This document shows, piece after piece, positions 10,063 to 19,606 of a stretch of 64,000 nt of DNA. The position numbers and the translations under genes are program-made. This stretch comes from Candidatus Latescibacterota bacterium. GTDB taxonomy: Bacteria; Latescibacterota; UBA2968. How positions within the stretch are numbered: position 1 is the stretch's first letter; each line of letters starts with the position of its first letter. The notes beneath the pieces were generated by a model. It saw only the letters and a program-made list of their open reading frames with translations, was not told where the DNA came from and did no database searches. The stretch spans positions 1,728,001 to 1,792,000 of the forward strand of contig OZ241986.1 in the NCBI GenBank assembly GCA_965204375.1, given 5' to 3'.

Positions 10063-10263
10063 ATGTTCTACACCACCATATTTGCCATCGTCCTCATCAT
10101 TGTCATACTGGCCAAATATCTCTACAAACCCGTTGAACGCTGTCCTGAATGCAACACTCCGCGCGAGTCCGATCATCCGATATGCCCGTGCGGATATGTC
10201 TTTGAATTTCCCGATGATGACGATCCCCTCGAATACGGCGATCCAGAAGAAAAGCTCGAATAG
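10063..10263 (+). CDS. Small membrane-anchored zinc-ribbon protein
   Basis: N-terminal TM helix, CPEC...CPCG, acidic tail. Confidence 0.7.
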   Translation: MFYTTIFAIVLIIVILAKYLYKPVERCPECNTPRESDHPICPCGYVFEFPDDDDPLEYGDPEEKLE

Positions 10264-10369
10264 ACGAATAGACGAACCCCGCCCTACTACCCAACTACTA
10301 TCGCTGATGAACTGGACTGGAAGGCGGCCAGTTGTACCCCGCTCCGTTGATTCGCTGAAAGGAATCCCC

Positions 10370-11728
10370 ATGACCCTCACCGCACTCTCTCCCCTCGACA
10401 ATCGCTACACGAGCCGCTTGACAGATCTCGTTCCCTGTCTCTCGCATTTTGCGTTGATAGCCTACCGCGTACAGATCGAAATCGAATGGTTGCGTTTTCA
10501 ATCAGAGCATCCCGCACTCACACATGTCCGCACATTCACCGATGCAGAACATCAGATGTTGGAATCGTGGATAGACACGTTCGATGAACAACAGGCTCAG
10601 CGCATTGTTGCAATTGAAAGGGTCACCAATCACGATGTCAAATCCGTCGAATACTACGTCAGAGAACGCCTTGAGGAAACATCGCTTGCCGACGTATGTG
10701 AAGCTGTGCATTTTTGTTGCACCTCTGAGGACATCAGCAATCTCGCTCACGCGCTCATGCTCAAGTCCGCTATAAAAGATGTATTTCTTCCTCTGGCACA
10801 GGAAGTTACCCAAATTACTTCACAACTCGCCCAAGACACTAAAAACCTTCCTATACTCGCGCGCACGCACGGCCAACCCGCCACTCCTACCACAATGGGC
10901 AAAGAACTCGCCGTATTTGCCTATCGCTGGCAGCGGCAAATCAAACAGGCGACAAAACTCGAATATCTCGGCAAATTCAATGGCGCCACCGGCAATTACA
11001 ACGCGCATGTCGCGGCCTATCCCGAAGTGTGCTGGCACGACCTCGCCCGCGATTTCGTCCAGCGTCTCGGTCTCACATTCAATCCCCTCACCACGCAGAT
11101 TGAATCGCACGATTATATGGCCGAAATTTTTCACCTGATCATCCGCTTCAACACCATCTCGCTCGACTTTGCCCGCGACATGTGGACCTATATATCTCTG
11201 TCCTATTTTCGCCAAAAAACAGTTGATTCAGAAGTCGGATCTTCCACCATGCCCCACAAAGTCAATCCCATCGACTTTGAAAATGCCGAAGCCAATCTGG
11301 GCATCAGCACGGTCCTGCTCGAACACCTATCGACCAAATTACCCGTCTCGCGCCTTCAGCGCGACTTGTCTGACTCTTCAGCCAGTCGCAATATTGGTCC
11401 AGCTATCGGCCATGCGTGTCTCGCCCTGAAATCCATTCTGAATGGTATGGGCAAGGTCGCTATTGACAAACAGGCCATTGCCAGCGACCTCGAAAACGCT
11501 TGGGAAATCCTCGGCGAAGCCGTGCAAACCGTCATGCGAAAAACCGGATATGAAAATGCCTACGAACTCATGAAAGATCTCACCCGAGGTACAGACATTA
11601 CAAAGGATGATCTCGACAACTTTCTCAACTCTCTCGACCTCCCCCAGGCAGACCTCAAAAATCTGAAAAATCTAACGCCTCAATCCTATATAGGGCTTGC
11701 CCCGCAGCTTGTGGATGATATCTTTTAA
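10370..11728 (+). CDS. purB: Adenylosuccinate lyase
   Basis: LTALSPLDNRY, TNHDVKSVEY, GSSTMPHKVNPIDFEN; ATG 10370 follows an AAGGA RBS, so the longer ORF start is spurious. Confidence 0.97.
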   Translation: MTLTALSPLDNRYTSRLTDLVPCLSHFALIAYRVQIEIEWLRFQSEHPALTHVRTFTDAEHQMLESWIDTFDEQQAQRIVAIERVTNHDVKSVEYYVRERLEETSLADVCEAVHFCCTSEDISNLAHALMLKSAIKDVFLPLAQEVTQITSQLAQDTKNLPILARTHGQPATPTTMGKELAVFAYRWQRQIKQATKLEYLGKFNGATGNYNAHVAAYPEVCWHDLARDFVQRLGLTFNPLTTQIESHDYMAEIFHLIIRFNTISLDFARDMWTYISLSYFRQKTVDSEVGSSTMPHKVNPIDFENAEANLGISTVLLEHLSTKLPVSRLQRDLSDSSASRNIGPAIGHACLALKSILNGMGKVAIDKQAIASDLENAWEILGEAVQTVMRKTGYENAYELMKDLTRGTDITKDDLDNFLNSLDLPQADLKNLKNLTPQSYIGLAPQLVDDIF

Positions 11729-11796
11729 AGACGAGGGGCTGGAGACAAGCCCTGGTGTTCATCGCAATCATCCTCTCATCCTCTCATCCTGATCCT

Positions 11797-12351
11797 ATGC
11801 CCTTTGAATTTGAGCACCTCGACATCCCCGGCGTCATCCTCGTTCGCGCAAAGCGATTTTCCGATGATCGCGGTTTTTTTGTTGAAACGTACAAACGAGA
11901 CGATTTTGAATCCAACGGCATTTCAGAAACGTTCGTTCAGGATAACCACTCTCGCTCTACCCGCGGCGTGCTACGCGGATTGCACTACCAAAAAGACCCG
12001 CGCGCACAGGGCAAACTCATCCAGGTGCTCAAAGGCGAAATATACGATGTTGCCGTCGATATTCGTCGGGGATCCCCCACTTATGGTCAGTGGACCGGCA
12101 TTCATCTTTCCGAAGCGCGATCCGAACTCCTGTATGTTCCCCCTGGCTTTGCACACGGATTCTGCGTTCTCAGCGAAGTGGCGGATTTCACATACAAATG
12201 CACGGATATTTATGCGCCAGAGACCTATCGCGGTATTTCCTGGAATGATCCTGACTTAGACATTTCCTGGCCCATTAAAAATCCAATCCTTTCCAGGCGC
12301 GATCAAAATCTCCCTCCGCTCAAAGACGCAGACAACAATTTTATTTACTGA
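11797..12351 (+). CDS. rmlC: dTDP-4-dehydrorhamnose 3,5-epimerase
   Basis: DDRGFF, QDNHSRS, RGLHYQ, VPPGFAHGF. Confidence 0.96.
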   Translation: MPFEFEHLDIPGVILVRAKRFSDDRGFFVETYKRDDFESNGISETFVQDNHSRSTRGVLRGLHYQKDPRAQGKLIQVLKGEIYDVAVDIRRGSPTYGQWTGIHLSEARSELLYVPPGFAHGFCVLSEVADFTYKCTDIYAPETYRGISWNDPDLDISWPIKNPILSRRDQNLPPLKDADNNFIY

Positions 12352-12358
12352 GGACCCC

Positions 12359-15300
12359 ATGAGCCTGAAGCATTTCTTCCGCACATCCCCCACGCAACAA
12401 CACCCCCTGCTCCAATTGTCACAGCAACGCGTCTCTGCACACATTCAAAATATTGAAACCGAATACTGTTTCAACGTACAAATGGACAGTCCGCTTTCCG
12501 CAGACGAGCAAAACCGGCTCACCTATCTTTTATCTGAAACCTTTGAGGCAAATCGGTTTTCAGAGCAGTCCTTTCTCACAGGACCTGGCACGATCCTCGA
12601 AGTGGGACCGCGCATGAATTTTTCCACAGCCTGGTCCACAAATGCCACGGCAATATGCCACGCCTGCGGGATCACGCAAATTTCGCGCATTGAACGATCG
12701 CGGCGTTACCTTATCAAACCCGCCCTGAGCCTGGATCAGCAAAATATCTTTTTGTCCCTCGTACACGACCGCATGACCGAATGCCTGTATCCCCACCCCC
12801 TCACCTCCTTTGACTCCGATGCCAAACCGGAACCCGTATCCGAGATTCCTCTCATAGAGGGAGGCCGCCGCGCCCTCGAAAAAATCAATCGCACCATGGG
12901 CCTGGCATTTGACGAATGGGACCTCAATTATTACACTGATTTATTTCTCGACCAGATCGGCCGTAACCCCACCAACGTCGAATGCTTTGACATTGCCCAA
13001 TCCAATAGCGAACATTGCAGACACTGGTTTTTCAAAGGTCGCCTTATCATCGACGGCGAAGAGATGCCCGATCACCTCATCGCCATGATCCAATCGACGC
13101 TAAAAGCCAACCCCAACAACAGTACCATCGCCTTCAAAGACAATTCCAGCGCCATCCGGGGGTATCCGATACGCACGATTGTGCCCACCACTATTGGTAG
13201 TCCCTCTCCATTTGCATTTTTAGACCGCACCTGCGACATCATCTTCACCGCGGAAACTCACAACTTCCCATCGGGTGTTGCCCCTTTTCCCGGCGCAGAA
13301 ACAGGTACCGGCGGACGCATCCGAGATGTACAGGCCACGGGTCGAGGCGCGCTCGTCATAGCGGGTACAGCGGCGTATTGCGTAGGCAATTTGTATATTC
13401 CCGGATACGATCTGCCCTGGGAAAATCCCGAATTTAAATATCCCGATAACCTCGCCACCCCCTTGCAAATCGCAATTGAAGCCAGCAATGGGGCCTCGGA
13501 TTACGGCAACAAATTCGGCGAACCTCTCATACAGGGCTACACGCGATCCTATGGTATGCGCCTGCCCAATGGAGAACGCAGAGAATGGATCAAACCCATT
13601 ATGTTCAGCGGCGGGATCGGTCAAATGGACGCGCGTCATACAAATAAAGAAAAGCCCGAACCCCAAATGCTCGTTACCAAAATCGGTGGGCCGGCTTATC
13701 GCATTGGCATGGGGGGCGGCGCCGCTTCGAGCATGGTGCAGGGCGAAAACGAAGCCGAACTCGATTTCAATGCCGTGCAGCGCGGCGACGCAGAAATGGA
13801 ACAAAAACTCAATCGCGTGATCCGCGCCTGTGTTGAACTCGGCGATCAAAACCCCGTTGTCAGCATCCACGACCAGGGCGCGGGTGGCAACTGTAATGTA
13901 CTCAAAGAAATCGTTGAGCCTGCGGGTGCCCGCATCGATATTCGCGCCGTGCCCGTTGGAGATGAAACCCTATCTGTACTCGAAATCTGGGGCGCTGAAT
14001 ATCAGGAAAACAATGCTCTGCTCATCCGTCCCGAACACGCCCATCTCTTTGACGCCCTCTGCAAACGCGAAAAGGTCATTTACGCTTTTGTCGGCGAAGT
14101 AACCGGCGATGGGAGGGTGATAGTCTTCGACAGCAAAGACAACACCACGCCCGTTGATCTCGATCTGGAAAAAGTCCTTGGCGATATGCCGCAAAAGCCC
14201 TTCAAACTCGACCGCTTTCCCACCCGCACAGAACCGCTCACCCTCCCCGAGAATCTGACCGTTAAAAAAGCGCTCAACCGCGTGCTTCGCCTCGTCTCCG
14301 TAGGTTCCAAACGATTTCTCACCAACAAAGTTGACCGCTGTGTAACTGGGCTTGTCGCACAACAGCAATGCGTGGGACCTCTCCAGCTAACCGCAGCAGA
14401 CGTCGCTGTCATTGCACAAAGCCATTTTGGCACGACTGGCGCCGCCACCGCCATTGGCGAACAACCCATCAAAGGTCTCATCGATCCTGCGGCGATGGGA
14501 CGCCTGTGCGTGGGCGAAATGCTCACCAATATCGCCTGGGCACGCCTGAGCACCATCGAAGACATCAAGTGCTCTGGCAACTGGATGTGGGCGGCCAAAT
14601 TGCCCGGAGAAGGCGCAGCACTTTACGATGCGGCCCGCGCCCTTACGGATATTCTGCTCGAATTGGGCATTGCTATAGACGGCGGCAAAGACAGCCTCTC
14701 GATGGCTGCAATCGCGCCGGGAGAGGATGGCGACGAAACCGTTAAAACACCCGGCACACTCGTAATATCGGGCTATGTCACCTGTCCCGACATCACGCAG
14801 ACCGTCACGCCCGACTTAAAACATCCCGATGAGGGCATCATACTTTACGTCGATCTCGGCGCAGACAAACATCGCCTCGGCGGGTCTTCTCTCGCCCATG
14901 TGTACGAGCAACTCGGCAACGAGTCACCAGATGTCGATGATCCCGCCCTGCTCAAACGCGCAATTGGCGCACTCCAATCTTGCATCGCAAAAAACTATAT
15001 TGCCTCGGGACACGACCGCAGTGATGGCGGTCTCATCACCGCGCTTTTGGAAATGGCTTTTGCAGGCAACTGTGGTATTCAGATCAATCTTCAAACCCGC
15101 GCCAATGCGATTCCCGCGCTCTTTTCCGAAGAACTCGGCCTCGTCTTTGAAGTGCATCCCAAAAATCTGGCGATCGTACGAGAAATTTTTAAAAAAGTAC
15201 CCATCCAAACCATTGGAAAAGTAACTTCCAATCCCGCTATCCAAATTTCTGTCAACAACCAGCGCGTTCTCAAAAGTTCCATGCCCGAATTGCGCGACTT

Positions 15301-16249
15301 ATGGGAATCTACGAGTTTCCAACTCGAACGCCGGCAAACCAATCCGTCCTGCGTCGCACAAGAAGAGACTTCCCTACACGCACGCACAGGTCCCAAATTT
15401 ATCGTACCCTTCGGGCCAACACCTACGCCACCCGCCATCCTCAATGCCAGTCGCAAGCCCGCGGTCGCCATCGTGCGCGAAGAGGGCAGCAATGGAGATC
15501 GCGAAATGACCTCTGCATTTTTTGCAGCGGGCTTTGAACCCTGGGATATAACCACCAGCGATCTCTTATCTGGCACCATCGCACTTGACCATCGGTTCAG
15601 AGGGGTCGTATTTGTCGGCGGATTCAGCTATGCCGATGTGCTCGACTCGGCCAAAGGCTGGGCTGGCGTGATTCGCTTCAACGACGGTCTTCGCGCTCAG
15701 TTCGATGCCTTCTACAACCGTCCCGATACTTTCAGCCTCGGCGTGTGCAATGGCTGTCAACTCATGGCCCTGCTCGGCTGGGTTCCGTTCCCCGGCCTTG
15801 CCAACGCGGCACAACCCCGATTTATTCGCAACGAATCCGCGCGTTTTGAATCCCGTTTTTCCACTGTGCAAATTCAAGACAGTCCAGCGATTATGTTTAA
15901 AAACATGGCCGGTGCATCCCTCGGTGTGTGGGTCGCGCACGGAGAAGGCCGCGCATTTTTTCCCCGCGCAGACATACTCGACCGCGTCATAGGCGAAAAT
16001 CTCTCCCCCGTGCGCTACGTCGATGATAACAATACCGCGACCGAAGCCTATCCCTTTAACCCAAATGGTTCCCCGCACGGTATTGCCGGTCTTTGCTCCC
16101 CCGATGGTCGCCACCTCGCCATGATGCCCCACCCCGAACGCACCTTTCTCAAGTGGCAATGGGGCTATATGCCAAACCACTGGAAACGCGATCTTCAAGC
16201 CTCTCCGTGGCTTCAAATATTCCAGAACGCCCGCGAGTGGTGTGAATAA
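12359..16249 (+). CDS. purL: Phosphoribosylformylglycinamidine synthase, large fused type
   Basis: QSNSEHCRH, ETHNFP, GGKDSLSM, GVCNGCQL, MMPHPER; 1296 aa. Confidence 0.98.
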   Translation: MSLKHFFRTSPTQQHPLLQLSQQRVSAHIQNIETEYCFNVQMDSPLSADEQNRLTYLLSETFEANRFSEQSFLTGPGTILEVGPRMNFSTAWSTNATAICHACGITQISRIERSRRYLIKPALSLDQQNIFLSLVHDRMTECLYPHPLTSFDSDAKPEPVSEIPLIEGGRRALEKINRTMGLAFDEWDLNYYTDLFLDQIGRNPTNVECFDIAQSNSEHCRHWFFKGRLIIDGEEMPDHLIAMIQSTLKANPNNSTIAFKDNSSAIRGYPIRTIVPTTIGSPSPFAFLDRTCDIIFTAETHNFPSGVAPFPGAETGTGGRIRDVQATGRGALVIAGTAAYCVGNLYIPGYDLPWENPEFKYPDNLATPLQIAIEASNGASDYGNKFGEPLIQGYTRSYGMRLPNGERREWIKPIMFSGGIGQMDARHTNKEKPEPQMLVTKIGGPAYRIGMGGGAASSMVQGENEAELDFNAVQRGDAEMEQKLNRVIRACVELGDQNPVVSIHDQGAGGNCNVLKEIVEPAGARIDIRAVPVGDETLSVLEIWGAEYQENNALLIRPEHAHLFDALCKREKVIYAFVGEVTGDGRVIVFDSKDNTTPVDLDLEKVLGDMPQKPFKLDRFPTRTEPLTLPENLTVKKALNRVLRLVSVGSKRFLTNKVDRCVTGLVAQQQCVGPLQLTAADVAVIAQSHFGTTGAATAIGEQPIKGLIDPAAMGRLCVGEMLTNIAWARLSTIEDIKCSGNWMWAAKLPGEGAALYDAARALTDILLELGIAIDGGKDSLSMAAIAPGEDGDETVKTPGTLVISGYVTCPDITQTVTPDLKHPDEGIILYVDLGADKHRLGGSSLAHVYEQLGNESPDVDDPALLKRAIGALQSCIAKNYIASGHDRSDGGLITALLEMAFAGNCGIQINLQTRANAIPALFSEELGLVFEVHPKNLAIVREIFKKVPIQTIGKVTSNPAIQISVNNQRVLKSSMPELRDLWESTSFQLERRQTNPSCVAQEETSLHARTGPKFIVPFGPTPTPPAILNASRKPAVAIVREEGSNGDREMTSAFFAAGFEPWDITTSDLLSGTIALDHRFRGVVFVGGFSYADVLDSAKGWAGVIRFNDGLRAQFDAFYNRPDTFSLGVCNGCQLMALLGWVPFPGLANAAQPRFIRNESARFESRFSTVQIQDSPAIMFKNMAGASLGVWVAHGEGRAFFPRADILDRVIGENLSPVRYVDDNNTATEAYPFNPNGSPHGIAGLCSPDGRHLAMMPHPERTFLKWQWGYMPNHWKRDLQASPWLQIFQNAREWCE

Positions 16250-16276
16250 TCTCTATCTCTGCTGTTGGAGGTTTTT

Positions 16277-17953
16277 ATGCAGACCAACTACGACGTCAAC
16301 ATGCAATTAGACGTAAAAATGCCCATGCGAGACGGCATCAATCTCTCTGCCGATATCTACCTGCCTCGAGCACGCGGCAAATTCCCCACCGTGCTCATGC
16401 GAACGCCTTATGACAACAATGCTGACAACATGGTTGAAAAAGCTCGGCGGCTTGCCAACAACGGCTATGCTTGTATTATTCAGGACTGTCGCGGACGGTG
16501 GGACTCAGAAGGGGAATATTACGCCTTTCGGGAAGGCGAAGATGGGTATGACACTCAGGAATGGATTGGCAAACAAGAATGGTGCAATGGCAACATCGGC
16601 ATGGCCGGCAGTTCCTATGGCGGCACGGTCCAGTGGCGCAGCGCGCCGTATCGCAGCCAGTACCTCAAATGCATTACACCCCGCGTTATATGCACGGACT
16701 ATTACTCAGGCCTGGTCCACCCCGGCGGAGCTTTCCAGCTCAACGTCATGATGACCTGGGGCATGCGCACCAACGCCCGCACCGCACAAACCATTGAATT
16801 TCACAACTGGACCGAAGCCTTCCGCGCACTACCCCTCATAGAAATGGACGAACAGGCGGGCCGCAACCTGAATTTCTGGAAGGACTGGGTCGAACACGCC
16901 GCGTACGACGACTATTGGGAACAATTCAACGACGAAACCAAATGGGGTGAAATCGCTGTTCCCGCGTTCAACATGGGCGGTTGGTACGATCTGTACGCGG
17001 CACAGACCTTCACCAACTTCAACGGCCTGCGCCTGCACGGTCGCACCGAAGAAGCAAAAAAGAGCAAACTCATCATCGGCCCATGGCCACATTCTCTCAG
17101 CCTATCGCCCAAAACTGGCGATATTGACTTCGGCGCACCATCAATGGTCGATTTGGAAAGTCTTGAACAGCGCTGGTTCGACCACTGGCTCAAGGGTATC
17201 GACAACGGCATCGCGGATGAACCGCCTTTGCGCCTCTTCATCATGGGCATCAACCAGTGGCGCGACGAACGCGAATGGCCACTTGCGAGAACCCAATGGC
17301 AAAAATGGCACCTGCACTCGAGCGGCAGTGCCAACACACTACTCGGCAATGGCACGCTCGCCACAGCATCGCCGGAGGACGAATCACCCGACCACTACAC
17401 TTACGACCCGCGCTACCCCACCCCGACAATGGGCGGCAACAACTGTTGCTCACCGCACATCGTACCGTGGGGTCCCTATGACCAGCGTCCCGTAGAGATG
17501 CGAAGCGACGTACTCTGTTACACCAGCGATCCCCTCGAAACAGCTCTGGAAGTCACGGGTCCCATCAAAGCCGTCATCTACGCCGCTACTGACTGTACAG
17601 ACACGGACTGGACCGCCAAACTCGTCGATGTATCGCCCACCGGGTATGCGATGAACCTCTGTGACGGCATTTTGCGTGCGCGTTTTCGGGAAAGCCTCAC
17701 CACCCCCACCTTGCTCAAACCCGGTAGCGTCTATGCCTACGAAATTGACCTCGGCGTGACCGGAAACGTCTTCAAAAAGGGCCATCGCATTCTCCTCGAA
17801 ATATCTTCTTCCAATTTCCCCCGATTCGATCGCAATCTCAATACCGGTGGTTCGCTGGGACGTGAGACCGAGATGCGCCAGGCCCATCAAACCGTCTATC
17901 ATTCAAAAGCATACCCATCCCACATCACGCTACCCGTCATTCCCTCGGCATAG
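16277..17953 (+). CDS. CocE/NonD family hydrolase
   Basis: MRDGINLSADIY, RTPY, GSSYGG nucleophile elbow, GGWYD, GPWPH, SSSNFPRFDRN. Confidence 0.93.
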   Translation: MQTNYDVNMQLDVKMPMRDGINLSADIYLPRARGKFPTVLMRTPYDNNADNMVEKARRLANNGYACIIQDCRGRWDSEGEYYAFREGEDGYDTQEWIGKQEWCNGNIGMAGSSYGGTVQWRSAPYRSQYLKCITPRVICTDYYSGLVHPGGAFQLNVMMTWGMRTNARTAQTIEFHNWTEAFRALPLIEMDEQAGRNLNFWKDWVEHAAYDDYWEQFNDETKWGEIAVPAFNMGGWYDLYAAQTFTNFNGLRLHGRTEEAKKSKLIIGPWPHSLSLSPKTGDIDFGAPSMVDLESLEQRWFDHWLKGIDNGIADEPPLRLFIMGINQWRDEREWPLARTQWQKWHLHSSGSANTLLGNGTLATASPEDESPDHYTYDPRYPTPTMGGNNCCSPHIVPWGPYDQRPVEMRSDVLCYTSDPLETALEVTGPIKAVIYAATDCTDTDWTAKLVDVSPTGYAMNLCDGILRARFRESLTTPTLLKPGSVYAYEIDLGVTGNVFKKGHRILLEISSSNFPRFDRNLNTGGSLGRETEMRQAHQTVYHSKAYPSHITLPVIPSA

Positions 17954-17967
17954 CAGCGGAGAATAAT

Positions 17968-19407
17968 ATGTCAGATTATCGACCCAATATCCTGCTCATC
18001 ATGACCGACCAGCAACGCGGCGACTGCATAGGTCTCGACCCGTGTAGTCCATCGTGTCTGCAAACACCCAACCTGGACTGGATTGCCCGCACAGGTACGC
18101 ACTTTCACCGCGGATACTCCGAATGTCCCAGTTGCATACCCGCTCGCCGCTGCCTGATGACCGGCACAGCACCCGCAGCAAATGGCGTTGTCGGATTCAA
18201 AAGTGCTCAATGGAATCCGCCTCACACCCTCGCCGGCGAACTATCCCGGGCAGGGTACCAAACCGAGATGATCGGCAAACTCCACCTGAACCCCAAACGC
18301 AAGCGCTATGGTTTCGACCACATGCAACTCGCCGACGCCACACGGGGCGACCACAACGACTATGTCGAATGGCTACAGCAATACCACAAACGCAACGAAG
18401 AGCATCCCGGCATGGCCCACGGTATTTCATCCAATGGATGGATTGGTCGCCCACATCACTTGCCCGAAGAACAGATGCACACCTTCTGGTGTATCGACAG
18501 AGCAATGGACTTTCTCCAAAAACGCGATCCCACGGTCCCGTTTTTTCTCAACATATCCCTTATAGACCCCCATCCCCCGCTTACCCCCCCGGCTCTCTAT
18601 TACGACCGCTATATCCAGCGGAACTTGCCCGATCCCGTCATAGGAGACTGGGCGCCCGAATTTGACGGTCCTCAAAAAGGTCTCGACCCCAATGCCTGGC
18701 AAATTTGCCTTGACGAACACGACATGCAATGTTCTCGTGCGGCTTATTACGGCATGATCAACTTTATTGACGACCAGATCGGCCGCCTCATCCAATATAC
18801 CGGTGGTCTCAACAACTGTCTGACCATCTTCACTTCCGACCACGGCGAAATGCTGGGCGACCACAACCTCTTTCGCAAAACCTGGCCCTATGAAGCTTCT
18901 GCCCGAATTCCATTTCTCATACGCGCCCCTAAAAAATGGGGATATCCCGAAGAAATAACTTGCAAAAGCTCCGTCGGCATCCAGGACATCATGCCCACTA
19001 TCCTCGATGCAGCAGGCATCGATATCCCCGATACCTGCACGGGCAAAAGCCTCCTGCCCATCATGCAAGGCGATACCGATCGCGTCCGCGAATTTCTACA
19101 CGGAGAACACGCAGGCTGTTATGCCTACGACCACGGCAACCACTATGTCACGGATGGCCACCACAAATACATCTGGTATTCTCAAACGGGTGAAGAACAT
19201 CTTTTCAACCTGGACGAAGACCCCAATGAAATGCGCGACATTACGCGCTATCCCAACTCTGAAATACAACCCTGGCGAAATCGTCTCATCGAATTCCTCA
19301 AAAACCGCCCAGAAGGTTTTACCGATGGCACGCGTTTAATCCCTGGCCAGCCCCACGAAGAACTCCTGCCGGACTACGAACCGGAAGCGACCTACCCGTA
19401 TTTGTGA
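17968..19407 (+). CDS. Cys-type sulfatase
   Basis: PNILLIMTDQQR, CIPAR (CxPxR), GKLH, FTSDHGEMLG. Confidence 0.95.
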   Translation: MSDYRPNILLIMTDQQRGDCIGLDPCSPSCLQTPNLDWIARTGTHFHRGYSECPSCIPARRCLMTGTAPAANGVVGFKSAQWNPPHTLAGELSRAGYQTEMIGKLHLNPKRKRYGFDHMQLADATRGDHNDYVEWLQQYHKRNEEHPGMAHGISSNGWIGRPHHLPEEQMHTFWCIDRAMDFLQKRDPTVPFFLNISLIDPHPPLTPPALYYDRYIQRNLPDPVIGDWAPEFDGPQKGLDPNAWQICLDEHDMQCSRAAYYGMINFIDDQIGRLIQYTGGLNNCLTIFTSDHGEMLGDHNLFRKTWPYEASARIPFLIRAPKKWGYPEEITCKSSVGIQDIMPTILDAAGIDIPDTCTGKSLLPIMQGDTDRVREFLHGEHAGCYAYDHGNHYVTDGHHKYIWYSQTGEEHLFNLDEDPNEMRDITRYPNSEIQPWRNRLIEFLKNRPEGFTDGTRLIPGQPHEELLPDYEPEATYPYL

Positions 19408-19429
19408 GGAATCACCGACCTTTCATCCC

Positions 19430-19458
19430 AACCGCCCGACACAACGGGCGGTTTTTTT
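19430..19458 (+). terminator. Rho-independent terminator
   Basis: AACCGCCCG-acacaa-CGGGCGGTT-TTTTT. Confidence 0.85.
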
Positions 19459-19499
19459 GTGTCTTTTAAAGCAACTTCTGTGCATCTTAACGGTTGAAA

Positions 19500-19591
19500 A
19501 AGAAGTAAGAAGTGAGAAGTCCACCCAACACTACCCCAAAGGCTGGTACTTCATCATACTTCATCCTTTACACTTCATCCTTCACACTTCC
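19500..19591. repeat. Heptamer tandem-repeat element (GAAGT.. / ..ACTTCA inverted arms)
   Basis: gaagtaagaagtgagaagt ... tacttcatcatacttcatcctttacacttcatccttcacacttc; related tract at 45186-45220. Confidence 0.7.
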
Positions 19592-19606
19592 TACCGGAGA
19601 CGCCAA

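Noticed and set aside
10013-10369. N-terminal extension of PurB, or a ZTP/purine riboswitch upstream of purB
   Set aside because: The extension translates repeat DNA and overlaps a better ORF; only a short AACTGG/CCAGTT hairpin is present, without riboswitch consensus
19457-19606. N-terminal extension of the GWxTD protein
   Set aside because: It translates the heptamer repeat; the signal peptide and GGAG RBS point to ATG 19607
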